Positions 36,331 to 50,030 of a DNA stretch of 64,000 nt are shown in pieces. This DNA comes from Callorhinchus milii (lineage: Eukaryota): contig NW_024704743.1 of NCBI RefSeq assembly GCF_018977255.1, positions 112,406,001 to 112,470,000 of the forward strand. Direction: 5' to 3'. The position numbers and the translations under genes were made by a program. The notes beneath the pieces are model-generated. The model searched no databases and was not told where the DNA came from. It saw nothing but the letters and a program-made list of their open reading frames with translations. Numbering within the stretch: the first letter of the stretch is position 1; the number at the start of each line of letters is the position of its first letter.

Positions 36331-37849
36331 CTGACATAAATTTACATCAAGTTAACACTTTGTTTTATTCCTATGTTAAAAGACCTTTATAGGACATTCT
36401 CAGATCTGCTTTCAAAGCAGAAAATCAGACGTGGGTGGGCAGTGAATGTGAATAAACTTCGACAACACTCAGGCAAAAAATCACACCCTGATGTAGATTT
36501 AAATCACTCTAAGGGTTAATACACTAACAGTATTCCGGAACAGGGTGAAAATCAAACTGAAATTGTCTGAACGATCTCAGATTTTTAAGAAAAAACACGG
36601 TTAAAGAACAATTACTCCCAAAGGTGAAAAAAAGTATTACTCGAAGCTATCAAAACAAACTATACTGCTTCAAAAAAAGGTCTTTTGTTTGACCTGGGGA
36701 AAAGGAAAGGATTGCCGTGGGCCTGCAGGACAGGTTTTAAACAGTTTTGCAAGTGAAGCAGGTGATACCTTCTTATTTAGAGTTAGCCTTGAAATTATTC
36801 CCGGCATGATCAGCTTAATAAAGTCAAGGACAGAAGGAAAACATAAAGGACAAAAGGAAAACGTGTGTAGTTGTGGTGGAGCTTCAGTTCCCTAAACGCT
36901 TATCTCTTCCCTAATGGTAGATTGGGTTGCATTTAGGAAGGATGCAGTTCAGACGACATCCTGCATTAAGTGCTTCAGCAGTCAGGGCCTCTCTATGACC
37001 TTTTCAGATTTTGTTTTGGTCAAAGATTGCCATTCTCCTGTGAACATGAATTGGGTGGACACAAGTGAATGGATTTATTCCAAGAACCTAATAAATCCAA
37101 TCTGCAGCAATTAACATCACTTTGGTTCTATACCGTGAGGACCATAAGACAGGGGTTCTGACTATTATTGCTGTTATTTTGCTATGCACTCTCTGAACCT
37201 GGTGACGAATAATTCTGTTGATAAAGGCAGATTAGTCTCAAATCTAGTCATACTTGAAAAGAAATCGTCCTAAAATACTGTGGCACAGTCGCCATTCCAC
37301 ATGCAGGGGCAGAAAACCGGCCCAAGTTATTTGTTGTGAAGCTGCTGGTAAAGTAGTGAAGCCATTTGAAAATGACACTCACCATTCCAATTCTAAGATA
37401 GGAACTACAACAACAACTTGCATTTATATGGGGTCCCTCACACAGGGTAGTATGTCAGAGCTCTTGACAGTGTTGGAGCATGAGACCGAGCCAGGGGAAA
37501 TTGGGGAGGTGACTCTACGCACGGTCGAAGAGGAAAGTCTTCAGGCATAACCTGAAGATGGGGAAGGAAGTAGGCTATAGCCCGGACCTTGGAATAGAGA
37601 GACATCCCTCAAAACTAACATTGTTCCAATGACCAATTATAAACTTGGTTCAACACCTTGGTTTTACTATGAGAGAACAGCAATGTATTGAACAATGAGT
37701 TGTGAATAAAGTGCACTTAAACCAGGGTAGACATTGTTCTTCTGAGCTTCTCGTTGGTGTGGCTCGGCACATTATTGCTGTTTAGTTTTGGAATATCCCC
37801 ATTGTCAGAGAGATGAGTCCTGGGGTAATAGTATTAGGGTGATTTTCCA

Positions 37850-38073
37850 GGGGTAATAATCCCTCCAAAAATATATATATTAACAATAATTTAGTCACTC
37901 AATCCACGACTGTTTGTGAGACATTGCTGTGTGCAATTGGCTGTCTCGTTCCTCTCACTAAACACACAGTCACTACACTTTACAGTATATCCTGTGAAGC
38001 TCTTTGAGACACCTCAATTACATGATAAGGTGCTATATCAAATGCAAGGGTTATTATTATTATTATTATTATT
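37850..38073 (+). mobile_element. 5'-truncated young SINE
   Basis: Contains TAATAATCCCTCC...ATCCACGACTGTTTGTG.GACATTGCTGTG and an (ATT)n tail. Confidence 0.85.
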
Positions 38074-38477
38074 ACTGCTGTTTCAAATGATGGCATCTGA
38101 ACACAATCATGTCTCACTGAAGACTTACTGTCGGACACCACCTTCAAATCATCTAGTAAATGATAACAAGCCTCAGCGTCAAAGTAGGAGAGTTAAAGGA
38201 ACTCATAAGACCAATGTCATCACTTCCAGGGAAGACAATTTAAGTGGTAATGTAATTTCTGGAATGCCTTTGACAAATGCAGTAATTTTAAGAAAGGCAA
38301 GCAAAATACTCCATTCTGACACATCAAGGATGGAGACAAATCATATTCCAGAACTTTGTTTCATAAATTAAACATACCACTGTTCTGATATAGATCCCCA
38401 GAAAATCTATAGTCTACTAGATTGAACAATAGGAGGTCAAAATAGCTATTGGTCACAATCAAATGGTGTGGGTTCTG

Positions 38478-39008
38478 GATGCAGATCATCCAGAACTCTG
38501 CAGCCCATTTCCTCTCCCGCACCAGGCTCCATGACCCTATCACACCCATCCTCGCCCAACTCCACTGGCTTCCCATCACACAGAGGATACAGTTCAAGAT
38601 CCTGGTCTTCACCTTCAAAGCCCTCCATGCTCTTGCTCCCCCCTACCTCTCCAGCCTCCTAACCCCCTACCATTCTGCCCACTCCCTCTGTTCAGCAGGC
38701 TCCGGCTTGCTTCACATCTCCCATCTCGCCCACCCCACCATTGGTGGGCAGGCCTTCTGCCACTCTGCCCCCACCTTCTGGAACTCCATCCCACAACCCC
38801 TCCACTTCGTCCCTTCCCTTACCTCCTTCAAGACCCATTTCAAGACCCTCCTCTTCGACCGTGCTTTCGATCACCCTGCTTCCCCACCTGCTCTCCATTC
38901 TCCCCAATCCCGACGCCCCAGCTCGGCTCCGAAACTCTGACTTTCCAGCATCTTGGGTCATCCTCCCGACGTGAAAGGCACTATACAAATGTAATTTTGT
39001 TGTTGTTA
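38478..39008 (+). mobile_element. 5'-truncated L2
   Basis: Encodes QIIQNSAAHFLSRTRLHDPITP..LHWLPITQRIQFKIL...FKTLLFDRAF, followed by the 3' UTR and tail. Confidence 0.93.
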
Positions 39009-41788
39009 TCCATTACTGATATTGGATAGATAGACTGGTTCCAGTTTGAAAATCCCATACAGCATATGTCTGGCCGGGAGCTTGAGCTGACTCAGGGAGC
39101 CCAGCCAAAGACTGTCTTTAAACAGACAGGTTACTCAATTTGTTTTTAAGAGACTGGCAACCAGGCATTGCAACCATGACAGTTGCCCAGTTAGGGACAC
39201 AAATATTAGGAACTTGGCAAGAAGGCTGGCAGCTCCACTGTGGACCAAACCCAAACTGTTAGTTTTCTTTTCAGCTGGGATGGAACGTTGACCTAAATAA
39301 CTATTTTTAGCAGTGTAACTGCTGCAACCCAATTCCCAACATTAGTTTAGGTACAATAGAATGATTCATTCAGTCAAACAATTGCTTGCATGAATCGCTC
39401 AATGCACAACATATCATTGGTGTCTGTCCTATGTGTCATCCGCTCTAATCTAACCTCAAGAACATCTTCCTTCCTTTAAGTTCCTCCACGGTCTTGCCCC
39501 TATCTACCTCTGCAAACCCTCAAACCATGCTGACCCTGTCACACCCTTCACCAAGCTACTTCATGTCCCTCACCCAACTTTTGTGGGGCAGGCATTCAGC
39601 CTATTTGCCCTCACTCTCTGGAACTCCATCCAGAAGTCCCTCCGTTAGCACATTCAAGGTCTGTCTCAAGATTTCCTGTAAAAAATGTTTAATATTCTTT
39701 TTGAAAATTTCAACAGCATTCTCTCACTGATTGTGGTTATGGGGCTGCCCATTGAATTTTCTATTTCCAGGAAATGTATCAAGAGGTTGAATGAATCCAC
39801 TATAAAAACAAAGAAATGAAAACAGTTATCTGCACGAAGAACATACCTTCTAGGAATAATAAAAAGGGTTTTTTCATGCCTTTCCTTAAAAAGAAAAGTT
39901 TGCTTACAATAATAATCCTTGCATTTGATACAGCACCTTATGTTGTTGAACCACCTCAAAATGCTTCAGACTATGTATTTTGTAGCCAATTTGCACATAG
40001 CACCGTCCCACAAAGGGCCAAGGAGTTATGCCACAGTTGTGCAAGGAACACCAGCACAATATTGTGTTAGTCATTGAGTGAATTGATCTTTATTATAAAT
40101 GAATAGTATAAGATAAAACACAAGTTGACTTTTAGTCCTTGCATTACGACTCTAATAGCAGCATTTAGCTCACATATATTAATTGAAAGGGAAACTGAAT
40201 CATTGTGTTAACTGGTAATATTTCAAATTGTTTACTTATAAGTAAGCACTCCCAAGTGTTGAGCCATATGGCTCTGTATTGTGGAGAATACCATCCCTAT
40301 ATCATTGCACATTTTCACCACTTTGACTTTCCTTCATTAACTAGGTTCTGGAAGAATAGCATCTCTGTGCCTGCCTTGTTCTCTCTAAGTACACTCCAAA
40401 ACTTTCCACAGAACTTTGGCTAATAAAAGCAACAATAAATATTGATGTGGGTTCTGGGTCCAAGTCCTCTGGAAAGTGCTGTAGTGGCAGTACAAAGCAC
40501 CAGCTATCGTCAGTGATGGATGGCATCCTTCTGAGATAACACTTCATGAACACATAATGGTATTCCCTGGTATTAAAAAATATTTACAAGCTGGATATCT
40601 CAAAAAGCTTCATGGCAAATGTCTCACGGCACTCAGCAGACAGATTTTCTTAGTTAGCAAATGGTACAATTCCCTTAACAAACATTAACTCAGTCAGTAA
40701 AATACAATCTTCCATAGGATGGATGAGTGACAGCAGCAACAGTTAATTCACAAATGGCACAGTCCTAAGTCTGAGTATTCTTTGCTCACTGTGTATTCCA
40801 CAGTTTATCTTTTGCTGTCTTCTACTTTTTGATCAGTTTCCCTTTGACACCTATTTTGACATGGACCTTTGACAGATAAATCAAAACTTACAGGTATTGG
40901 CTCAGATCAGCAGGCAACTAAATGCCCATTTGTGCACACTGCCAAAGTCTACTTTTGCTCAATGCTTCAATTAGGTTCAAACTAAGATGGAACTAAACTT
41001 TTACCCCCATTTGACTTGAAACATTTTGTGTACTCAGTTACTCATAAGCATTATTAAAGGTGAGGGTTAAAGACTGCTCTGCATTTTCTAACACAAGTTG
41101 AAATAAGATGTCTCCATATGCTTCTGCAAAGTTCAACAATTTGTGCACGTGTGTATATGGTAGAGATTTAATGAGCTACTTTGCCAAGCCAAAGTCACCA
41201 TCACTGAAGGTCACAAATAAATGTATTCTTCTGAGCACTGCTTTTGTCAATGGAGCACATTATCCTGCAGTCCCGACACCCAAGAATTTTTAAAAGGAAT
41301 GTCCTGAATGCATTCCCAATCTCTTGTTCTGATTTAAACTTCAAGTAGAACACAGGCAAATTAGTCTGGAACACCAGGGATTGCAAGATTCATCTGCATG
41401 TTCACTGTGATATTGATCTTTACAAGGGAAGTTAGGAATGTGCTTGTCCTTGCAGCTCTGGGATACCATTCCGAATCCCATGCAGTTAAACAGGATGAAA
41501 GTTTCTCCAGCCTTTGAAACAGTTCTCAATGAGTATGGATGCCTCAGTCCAGAGGTTAAAAGTCTCAATGTTCAAGTTACCAATTTTAAATTAGTGATAA
41601 ACAGAAGTAAGTTTCATAAAATTTTGCTCAGAACATATATATATATATAGTTATTGAGCAATTTTGTAACATTTAAATGAAACATTTTGCAAACTATGAA
41701 AAGAATGCAAGTTATTCAGGATGGAGAATTTTATAACATCAGAAAAACATACAATATTGAGTTAGAGAGAAATATTCCAGCAACTTAC

Positions 41789-41864
41789 ATCAGAGTAGAT
41801 GTGAGTTCCAATCACCCGAGCAAGGTGAGGGTTTTCCTGCAAACAATTTTTTGGGCAATATATC
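41789..41864 (-). CDS. CRISPLD1: CRISPLD1 exon: (R)IYCPKNCLQENPHLARVIGTHIYSD
   Basis: Boundaries ctttcag / gtaagt; 76 nt; phase consistent with neighbouring exons. Confidence 0.97.
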
Positions 41865-42384
41865 CTGAAAGCAGAGAGCAACACAGGATCATTGAAGTGA
41901 GGAGTGAAAGACATATGGATGTTATGCTATGACATGCATCATCAAAACGACACATTGAGCCTGACATTCTTCAGATCATTAACTTGAGTGGCATGTTCAA
42001 GGTCAAGGGTGGAATGGCAGGAAATTGAGCTAAAGAACAATTCGATTCATAGCCATTCCCCACATTCCACAGAAACTGGTACAAATATTTGCACTAATAA
42101 CGGTGGAAAAGGTCTAGTTAAGACTCTGTGGCCTTGTTAAAGATAATTAAAGAAGAATGCATCCAGCTTTGCAGACTGCAGAAGGAAAATCAAAAAGGAA
42201 GTTACTTACACCACCTTGACATTTCTCAGTGTAATGATAACAAGAGTCATAAATCATCAACTGGAGTGACAGAAATGACAGAAATGAAATGAACTTGACT
42301 GTCCAGAATGGCTGCAGCAACACTGGAGATATTGTAGATCAAGAAATTGTAAAGAAAAGTTATTTTCAATATATTCCCCCAAAA

Positions 42385-42572
42385 GTTCCCAGATAAAATT
42401 GGTCATTTACTTCATGGCTATTGTAAAAAACTGTTGTACACAAATTGGCTGCCACGTTTACCTGCAAAATACAGTCAGTATACTTTACATAAATTCCTGT
42501 GAAGCTCCTTGAGACGTGCACCCGACTCGAAAGGTGCCGTATCAAATGCAAGGATTATCATTATTATTATTA
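42385..42572 (+). mobile_element. SINE 3' fragment
   Basis: Contains CAGATAAAATTGGTCA...CAAATTGGCTGCCACG and an (ATT)n tail. Confidence 0.8.
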
Positions 42573-44651
42573 CTCTTAATAGGGCAGGGTTTATGAGAAT
42601 TTAAGTTTCTACAAACATGTCCTGATTCATTGGGTCAGTCTCCTACACAGTTTCTTGAATTCCTGTGAGTTTGTCCCTTTACATTCATCATCTTTCATAG
42701 TTCCAGGATTTTCTTGTTAAAATTATATATAATATTCAAGCAAAGTAGCAAAAATAAGTGAAAGGGAAACTTAAAAAGTGACAGCGTCAAATTTAACATC
42801 CAAATAAATTCTGCAAAAACAATCATATATCTAAGTTATGCCAATACTAACACTATCATTGCTCAAACATCTCATGTTTGATCAATTAACATCACAACAT
42901 TTAACACTTTGTGAAAGCACAAGAGTGATGCGAAGCCAGACAGACAGCTGATAAAATGTCTGCAACATTGAGAGGGGCGAGTGGTGACAAGTGGAGCCCT
43001 GAGCATTTGGCACAGGAAGGAGTTGGGCTCAGACCATCGATCTGAGGAAGAGCAAGGAGAATAGAGTAGTGAATGGGTCTTCAATTTGAGAGTCTTGAGA
43101 CTATGCAAGCAGATGGTCTGAAAGTGCAATGTCCCTGGATTTGGAATGGATCTACTGAAAGGTTGCATTGTCACGCCCTTCACATTCTTGTCTTTGGAAC
43201 ATTTAGCATCCAACAGATAGATATTATAATAATCTTTGCATTTATTACAGCACCCTCATTGAAATGTCTCAAAGTGCTTCACAGGATTTGTACTGTGAAG
43301 TTCATTGCTCAATTAAAAAGCAATCTGATGCTGTGATGGTTGGGGGTGGGGATGAGGGGGGGGGAGAAAATGGGGTGGGTGTTATGGAAAGATGAGATCA
43401 GATGAGTCAAAGGGCTTTCTTAACCCAAATCAACCTTGTGATCTTGTTTGGGAGCCAAGCCAGGATTGTCAAGTTCCTTGGGATGTCCTCCCAATGTGAA
43501 AGATGCTTTATAAATATAAATTTGTATTGTATTGTATCTTGCAACTGTATACTTGTAGGTGAACACTGTTATGAGGGGATTGCAATGGAACAGCATCACT
43601 CAACTCCCAGCAATCCATTTTGTTAGAATCGCAATTATTAGACATGGAGCTAGGTTTGAGAGGATGAAATGAGTGATGGGCAGTGGTGAACACCGAAGCA
43701 TTTGAGGTTGGTTTAACATCGGGAAAGGAACATTATTTTACTGCAGTGGTAAAGGGAGAAATTCATCTATTTACAGTTTGTGTTGATTTGTACGTTGCAA
43801 GGCTGACTTCCTACACCACAAATGACATTTGTGCCACTTTATTGCTGTTTGCAGAAACACTTGCTGGGCTCACGCCCCCAGAAGCCAAAGTTTCAACTTT
43901 ATTTGCGATGTCGGCAGCAAGCCATTGAACTCCAAGGATTCCGCACTGCACAGCTGCACTCACAGATTATTCACTTTCTACCATTCAAATGGATTGTGAG
44001 TAGACTTGACCATTGTTAAAATCTGACTGTAACAACAACAACTTGCTTTTACATAGCGCTCTTCATGCAGGGTAGAGTCCTGGAGCACTTCACAGTGGTG
44101 GTATGTGAAAATGAGCCTAGGGGACAGGGAAGTAACTATAAGCACAATTAAAAAAGGTCTTTAAGCGGGATTTGAAGTTGGGGAGGGACAATTGCAGTTA
44201 CCTCCTCACCAGGCCTAGCGCTAATAAAATTGTGTTTCTCAAAATCATCATTGATGAATTTACATCCATTTTACGCTCTGGATCATATCAATTCTACTGT
44301 GTCCATAAGAAATCTCTAACCAAACAATTTGAAGCAAGAAATTCCTCATGCTGCCAAGTCTGGTGAGTTGCAAAGTATACATTATGAAGAGGCAAAACAC
44401 TGAGTGCCAGTTTATATTGTCAAAGTTGCCGCACTCAGTGATGCAAGGAATTCCTCATCCCTTAGCACAACAAAACCTTGTTTTTCGCACGGTCACCTGA
44501 CTCCAATGTCTCTTCAGCCGGAAGGCTTGAAAAGATGTCAGGTCACGGCTGATGTCTCTTCCTGTGGGTTTCACGCTACACGCAACAAGTGCCACTAACG
44601 TCATTCCCTTCATTCTGCACATATGGTGATAGGGACTTCCTCTCACTCAGT

Positions 44652-44840
44652 TCAACAACAGCAACTTGGATTTATATAGCGCCCTCCACGCCGGAAGGTG
44701 ACCAAAGGCGCGGTCGAAAAGAAAGGTCTTCAGCAGAGACCTGAAAATAGGAAGAGAGGGGATGAGGCGAAGGGAGTGAGGAAGGAAGTTCCAGAGCCTC
44801 GGGGCATAGTGGCTGAAGGCACAGCCGCCGAGGATGGAGC
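44652..44840 (-). mobile_element. L2-like 3' fragment
   Basis: Has a (CAA)n tail and GTTCCAGAGCCTCGGGGC...GGCTGAAGGC, as in 250-292. Confidence 0.75.
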
Positions 44841-45581
44841 AGATTAACCCTATTAACCCTGCAAGCCAAAGCTCTAAAGGATAGTGTGGGAAAGCTTACA
44901 AGCCAGCAATATTAATGGCAAGCTATACGGTTACAACTGGATAGACTCCTACCCCAACGCACACTCTGGGTCCTCAAGCCTTGTGCCAATTTGCACCTAA
45001 TACTTTGCTGAATTAGTAAAACAGGATGCGTCCCTCCAGGGAGAGTGTGCGTATTCCATTCCAATAAACACCTCTGGAATTTCCATGTATAGATGGGATG
45101 CCTGAAATTCTGTTTGGTTTGGATACTCTTAAGCATGGTGAAGAGTTTCTACTTGTGTCAGCCACATGGCTGACCAACAAAATAAAAAGGCATTATAATG
45201 CGATTCCGCTGTATGTAACATTATCACGTTTAAAACAAATTAGTTGAAACAGATTATAATAGTAATGTAATAGCACAAATAACCTGAAACAGATAAACTC
45301 CCAACCTTTCAGCTGCAGAAATTGTGAAAATGAAATAACAGTAATAATTTGATATTGCATCTTATAAAGTCATCAAGATATTTCAAAGCGCTTCACAGAG
45401 TATACTTGTAACGTGTAGTCAGTGTGTGTTTGGTGGGTGAATACTAACCGCAGCCAATTCGGACACAGCAATGTTCTATAAACAGCCATGAAATGAATGA
45501 GCATTTTTATCAGAAGGATTGTTGGCCAAAACAATAAAACTCTGAGGTAGTGTCTCAATCATTCTTGCGCTTTCTTCTTAC

Positions 45582-45654
45582 CTTGGGCAGTGTGAAACTG
45601 GTTTGGTGAATGTACACATCTGGTTCGCTTTTGTCTGGCAGTCAGCAGATCGAA
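45582..45654 (-). CDS. CRISPLD1: CRISPLD1 exon: (V)RSADCQTKANQMCTFTKPVSHCP(R)
   Basis: Boundaries ttctccag / gtaaga; 73 nt; Cys spacing as in the recalled human sequence. Confidence 0.95.
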
Positions 45655-45751
45655 CTGGAGAAAACAGATGGAGTTACTAACAATACACAGTCCAATCTGC
45701 TACAATCAAGTCGATAAAAGCTGATGAGAACTGTATTTTAAAGCGACTAAC

Positions 45752-45795
45752 CTATTACTTTTGAGATGGTAAATGAATTGGCAGGCTTGTATTTG
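45752..45795 (-). CDS. CRISPLD1: CRISPLD1 exon: (G)KYKPANSFTISKVI(V)
   Basis: Boundaries gttttag / gttagt; 44 nt. Matches the recalled human KYQSANSFTVSKVT. Confidence 0.95.
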
Positions 45796-46816
45796 CTAAA
45801 ACAAAATAATAATACAAGTTACAATACAAATTTACATTTATACAGACCCTTTAACATTGGAAAGATGTTGTCAAACTCAGACTTGTACTGAGCCACATGT
45901 GTGACTCATGAAAAACAGTTTGAGCCAGTTGAAAAATGATACTCCAGAGATGCATGTGTGAGTACGTCAAAAACACTTTTTGACGTACGTCAAAAACACT
46001 GGGTGCTTTCAAATACTCCGCACCTAATTCAAACTTGCAGCAATTATGCAATCATTTGTTAATTTTCGAATTCACTTGCAAACAAGCCATTGACATTGTA
46101 CAGTTGCATGTGCAACTTGCTACTATTCAACTGATGCTCATTTACATACAAAGAGAGTAGAGACATCTTGAAGTGCAAGTTATATTTATTTAAATACATG
46201 GAAAACACTTTCTGGGAATTGTGCATTTAATATACAAATCCATGTCATTACTTTGTCACTCAAATAAACATCAATTGAATACTTCTTTTGTTTGATTATT
46301 CGGACAAATGTTATTTTAGATGATCCTTTCAATTGAATATTTGAAAAGCTGACTATAGAATAGATGGGAGCATACATATAATGCATTTAAATAGTCATGT
46401 ACATGTCTCTGTAAGCAATTTTCAGCAGGAATTATCTAAGGCGTATGCTTCTGCTGAAGCTGAGGTGGCTGTGAACCACACGAGACCCTTGATGTGCCAC
46501 ATGTGGCTCTATGATTTATCAATGCAGTCCTAAGGCATAGTTTGTGTGTCTGCAGGCAACATCACCAAGTCTGCCGTTTTCTCACTTCAACTTGTCATTG
46601 TGGAATTCAAGCTCTTGTATACAGAAACAATAAGAGATCTGATTCCAAGTAGGATCTTTGGAAATTTGTTGGGAAAACCAGCTATTTTATAGTATGATTT
46701 GTCGTCAAACTCTGATTGCAAAATCAAAATAATAATAATAAATAAGAAGAATAAGAATAATGATGATGATAAAATAAGATTTTTGTGCTTTACAATTGGG
46801 AGTCACCAATTCTTAC

Positions 46817-46947
46817 CCAATCGACTGGACCCCATTCCTGTTGTTTTTTATGAAGAAAGGTTTCTTTCCTTGTCTGGTAATATCTACCCAGCCACCTTCA
46901 TTGTCCAACACTCCGTAATGTATTCCAGCTCTACACACACTTGATTG
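46817..46947 (-). CDS. CRISPLD1: CRISPLD1 exon (LCCL1): [43 protein letters not shown](G)
   Basis: Boundaries tccccccag / gtaaga; 131 nt. Confidence 0.97.
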
Positions 46948-48004
46948 CTGGGGGAAAAAAAGGGTAAAACATTAGAGAAGGATAACATACACACAGTTAA
47001 TCAGTCTAGATGGAGCGGAGCAGAGGAGGTCACTTGAGGTAACTTATATTCCTTCTTTTGTGTTTTGCCTACAAACACCAGTTACTACACTTTACAATAT
47101 ATCCTGTGAAGCGCTTTGAGACATCCTCCCAACGTGCAAGGCACTATACCAAATGTAAGGAATATTATTATTATTCTCAGTCAGATTTCAGTGTCGGGTG
47201 CATCCTTAAGGTGGAGAATATTTCATTGGTCCTCAGTCAAGGTGGTTTTGAAGTATATCATACCTTCCTCCAAGCTGCCTGGAGCATTTCCACCTCCAAT
47301 TTCCTGCCACCCACTTGAATGGAAGGCTACCCATTTTGAGTGCTATTGTTGGAAGTGGCCATCTGCCCCGGACGTCGGGCAATAGTTAGTTTGAGTACTA
47401 GGCAATGCCACAGGAGTAGCTGACAGGAAGGCAAAAGTTACAAGCTCCTTGGGTCTCACACAAACTCGGATTTTACAGGGTCAGCAAAAGTAGTATGTGT
47501 TCCTGGAGGAATGTTGACACCCACGGAAGTTTCAATCATCCAATCCAATGTTGGAATACAATAATGTGGTTTCACACATCGAACACCCACTCCAACTGGA
47601 TATTTTTATGCCAATAACAATGCCCGATGGAATTTTAGGCTTTTTAGGTAAATTGCATTATTTTACCCTCCAAATTCAATTACTAACATTATAAACATTA
47701 AGATGGAATTTCAGGCCTTACATGGGTTAGTAATAGTTCCCAATATGTCAGTATCTTCAGTTCTGATACTCCAGTATAATAGCATGAAGGAAAGCAAGGA
47801 ATAAAAGAATGGTTTATGATTTACGAGATCCAATACATGACTCTGGAACTAACATCAAGAGATATCAAAAATGAGTTGTTAAACAGATTAAGAGATTCAG
47901 TAAATGTCCAGTGCTTTTTTAAAATTGTAAACTAGAGCAATTTCCAAGATTAGCAGCTATACAATTTCCAGCAAGAAAGAGTCACCTTTTATTGCATTAC
48001 TTAC

Positions 48005-48071
48005 CATTTCATAATGCAGAGTTCCAATAACTTTAGCTTTACTCTCTAAACACCCAGCTGGGCATTCATAT
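48005..48071 (-). CDS. CRISPLD1: CRISPLD1 exon: (R)YECPAGCLESKAKVIGTLHYEM
   Basis: Boundaries tatttcag / gtaagt; 67 nt. Confidence 0.97.
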
Positions 48072-48660
48072 CTGAAATAGGAATAACAGATGTGTTCTTC
48101 GCTATTTTGGTGATATATATAGAGCAGGAAGAACAAACTGATAACTTTATGACTTCTACTCTTAGAAAGTTTTACACATGAGCTTTGGACCTTTATATCA
48201 GTATAAACTTGATCACCAACATAAAGATTTTTCTTTTTAAAAATTTAATTTCTCTAGTCAGGTCACAGAAATGAAGATTTTATAATAACAGCCATGGGAT
48301 TTCCAGGGAATATTTAGGTGTAGGTCGGTAAGAGACTTCGCTTGGGTACTCCAGAGTGTGCCAGCAGTATCCTAAGACACACTGTGGGTTTCCCAAGCCT
48401 CAACTCTCACTAACCTTTGCCCAATACCAGATCAGTTCAGAGACACAGTAAAAATTTCCATGTGTAGGTGGCATACATATTTAGAACTTTCGGTTTGGTT
48501 TGTGTACTCTTACACATGGTGATGAATTTCTGCAAGAATCAGGCATCTGACGGAGCAAAAATATAAATTAGGACTATTTCTGCTAGGATGGATAATCAGC
48601 TTCTACGTGGACTGATATCGTTACACAGAAGAGAAAATGGTTGTTGCCCTGGCTTCTCAC

Positions 48661-48721
48661 CTGTTACAAGTTGTCCCTTTGCATCGGTCACGCAGTTTGG
48701 TTTCACACGTCAACAACTGGG
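48661..48721 (-). CDS. CRISPLD1: CRISPLD1 exon: (S)QLLTCETKLRDRCKGTTCN(R)
   Basis: Boundaries ttctccag / gtgaga; 61 nt. Confidence 0.96.
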
Positions 48722-49032
48722 CTGGAGAAGAGGTCACAAGGAGAACAAGTTGTTTTTAGAAAAACTTTATTTCTAACTATTTTCACTAGTTGCTGAGAAA
48801 AGGAAATTAATGCCCTCAAAATACTTGCGATAACTTCAAGTCATTTACAAACCTCAAATCTTCAGCAAAACATCAGGCATGCACTTATTTTCTAATTTAA
48901 TTCATATTACAAACATGAAAGAAAAATGTTGCTAAAGCTAGTGAGAAGTGAATGAAAAGCCCGTGTATATGAGAATGAGAATACCTTAGCAATTACAATA
49001 GTAAGCAGCTAAAATAGTAAGAGTTTGCTTAC

Positions 49033-49191
49033 ACATTTGTTCAGTGTTTATAACCTCATTCATGTCAGTGACATCCGTTCTTGAGGAATCTGTTGGTTGA
49101 TGTGTTCGTGCTCGAGCTTTTGTCCTCTGTCGCTCAACCTCGTTGGTTTCTTCCTCTGGTTCAGGAGTGAAGTGCTTCTCGGCGCCATCCT
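49033..49191 (-). CDS. CRISPLD1: CRISPLD1 linker exon: (E)DGAEKHFTPEPEEETNEVERQRTKARARTHQPTDSSRTDVTDMNEVINTEQM
   Basis: Boundaries cttgaag / gtaagc; 159 nt, phase 1-1. EEETNE and NEVI..EQM are conserved with the recalled human sequence. Confidence 0.93.
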
Positions 49192-49874
49192 CTTCAAGTT
49201 GAAACAAAAGTGAGAAATACTGAATCCCACTGTTATTGACGTTTCTCCAAAATTATCAAATCTTGTGCAAACTTGAAATCGCCCATCACACTGTATAGTG
49301 TGCAGGACAGGATGAGCACAAAGCTTGTTTAATACTGTTTCTCAGTCTAATATTTAGCCATAAACAATTGCAGTGAACTAATCTCAACAACATTGTTGTG
49401 GTTTGGTGCCAACACATAAACAGTCCTCCAGATAAACATTCACTTCATAGCTGTTTGTGAGACTTTGCTGTGCACTGTTAGCTGCTACAAATACACAGCC
49501 AGTACACTTCATAGCAATGATTTGAGAAATACCATGAGTCTTTTTAAGCACTATATCAAATACAAGAATGAAAAGGTCACATTTTAACTATTCTTTTATA
49601 CTATCACCTCCTACAGTGTGGCCTGTAACCCCAAGGTGGTGAGCTGTGCCACTTCTATTGGTTTGGATAAAGAAGGGCCTTCAGCCTATTCAATCTTATT
49701 TTCCTGAAAACCTACCCTACTGTCTTCCCATCACACACAGGATGTTATTGTATTGTTTCATTGTAGGCTACTTCATTCTGGCAACAGACAATGGGAGATC
49801 TGGGAAACACAGACACTTTAAATTAAAGGTTGCCAGCAGAGATGTGCCTGGTTAGGCCACATCTGCTGTAGCAT

Positions 49875-50030
49875 AACATTTAAATGGGAATTAAATAATC
49901 ATTTGAAGAGGAAGAATATGAAAGGGAATGGGTAAAGAGAAGAGAATTGAGATTAGAGTAAATAGCACTGATACATGAGCTTCCACAAGTTTAAGATCAA
50001 TGGGATGAATGGTCTTCTCCTCAGTAATTA
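49875..50030 (+). mobile_element. Degenerate CR1-like 3' end
   Basis: Contains ATTTAAA.GGGAATTAAATAA.CATTTGAAGAGGAAGAAT...GGGATGAATGGTCTTCTCCT. Confidence 0.5.

Noticed and set aside
39060-39340. Possible LF-SINE-like relic
   Set aside because: Only patchy resemblance to a recalled consensus; it would need an HMM search.
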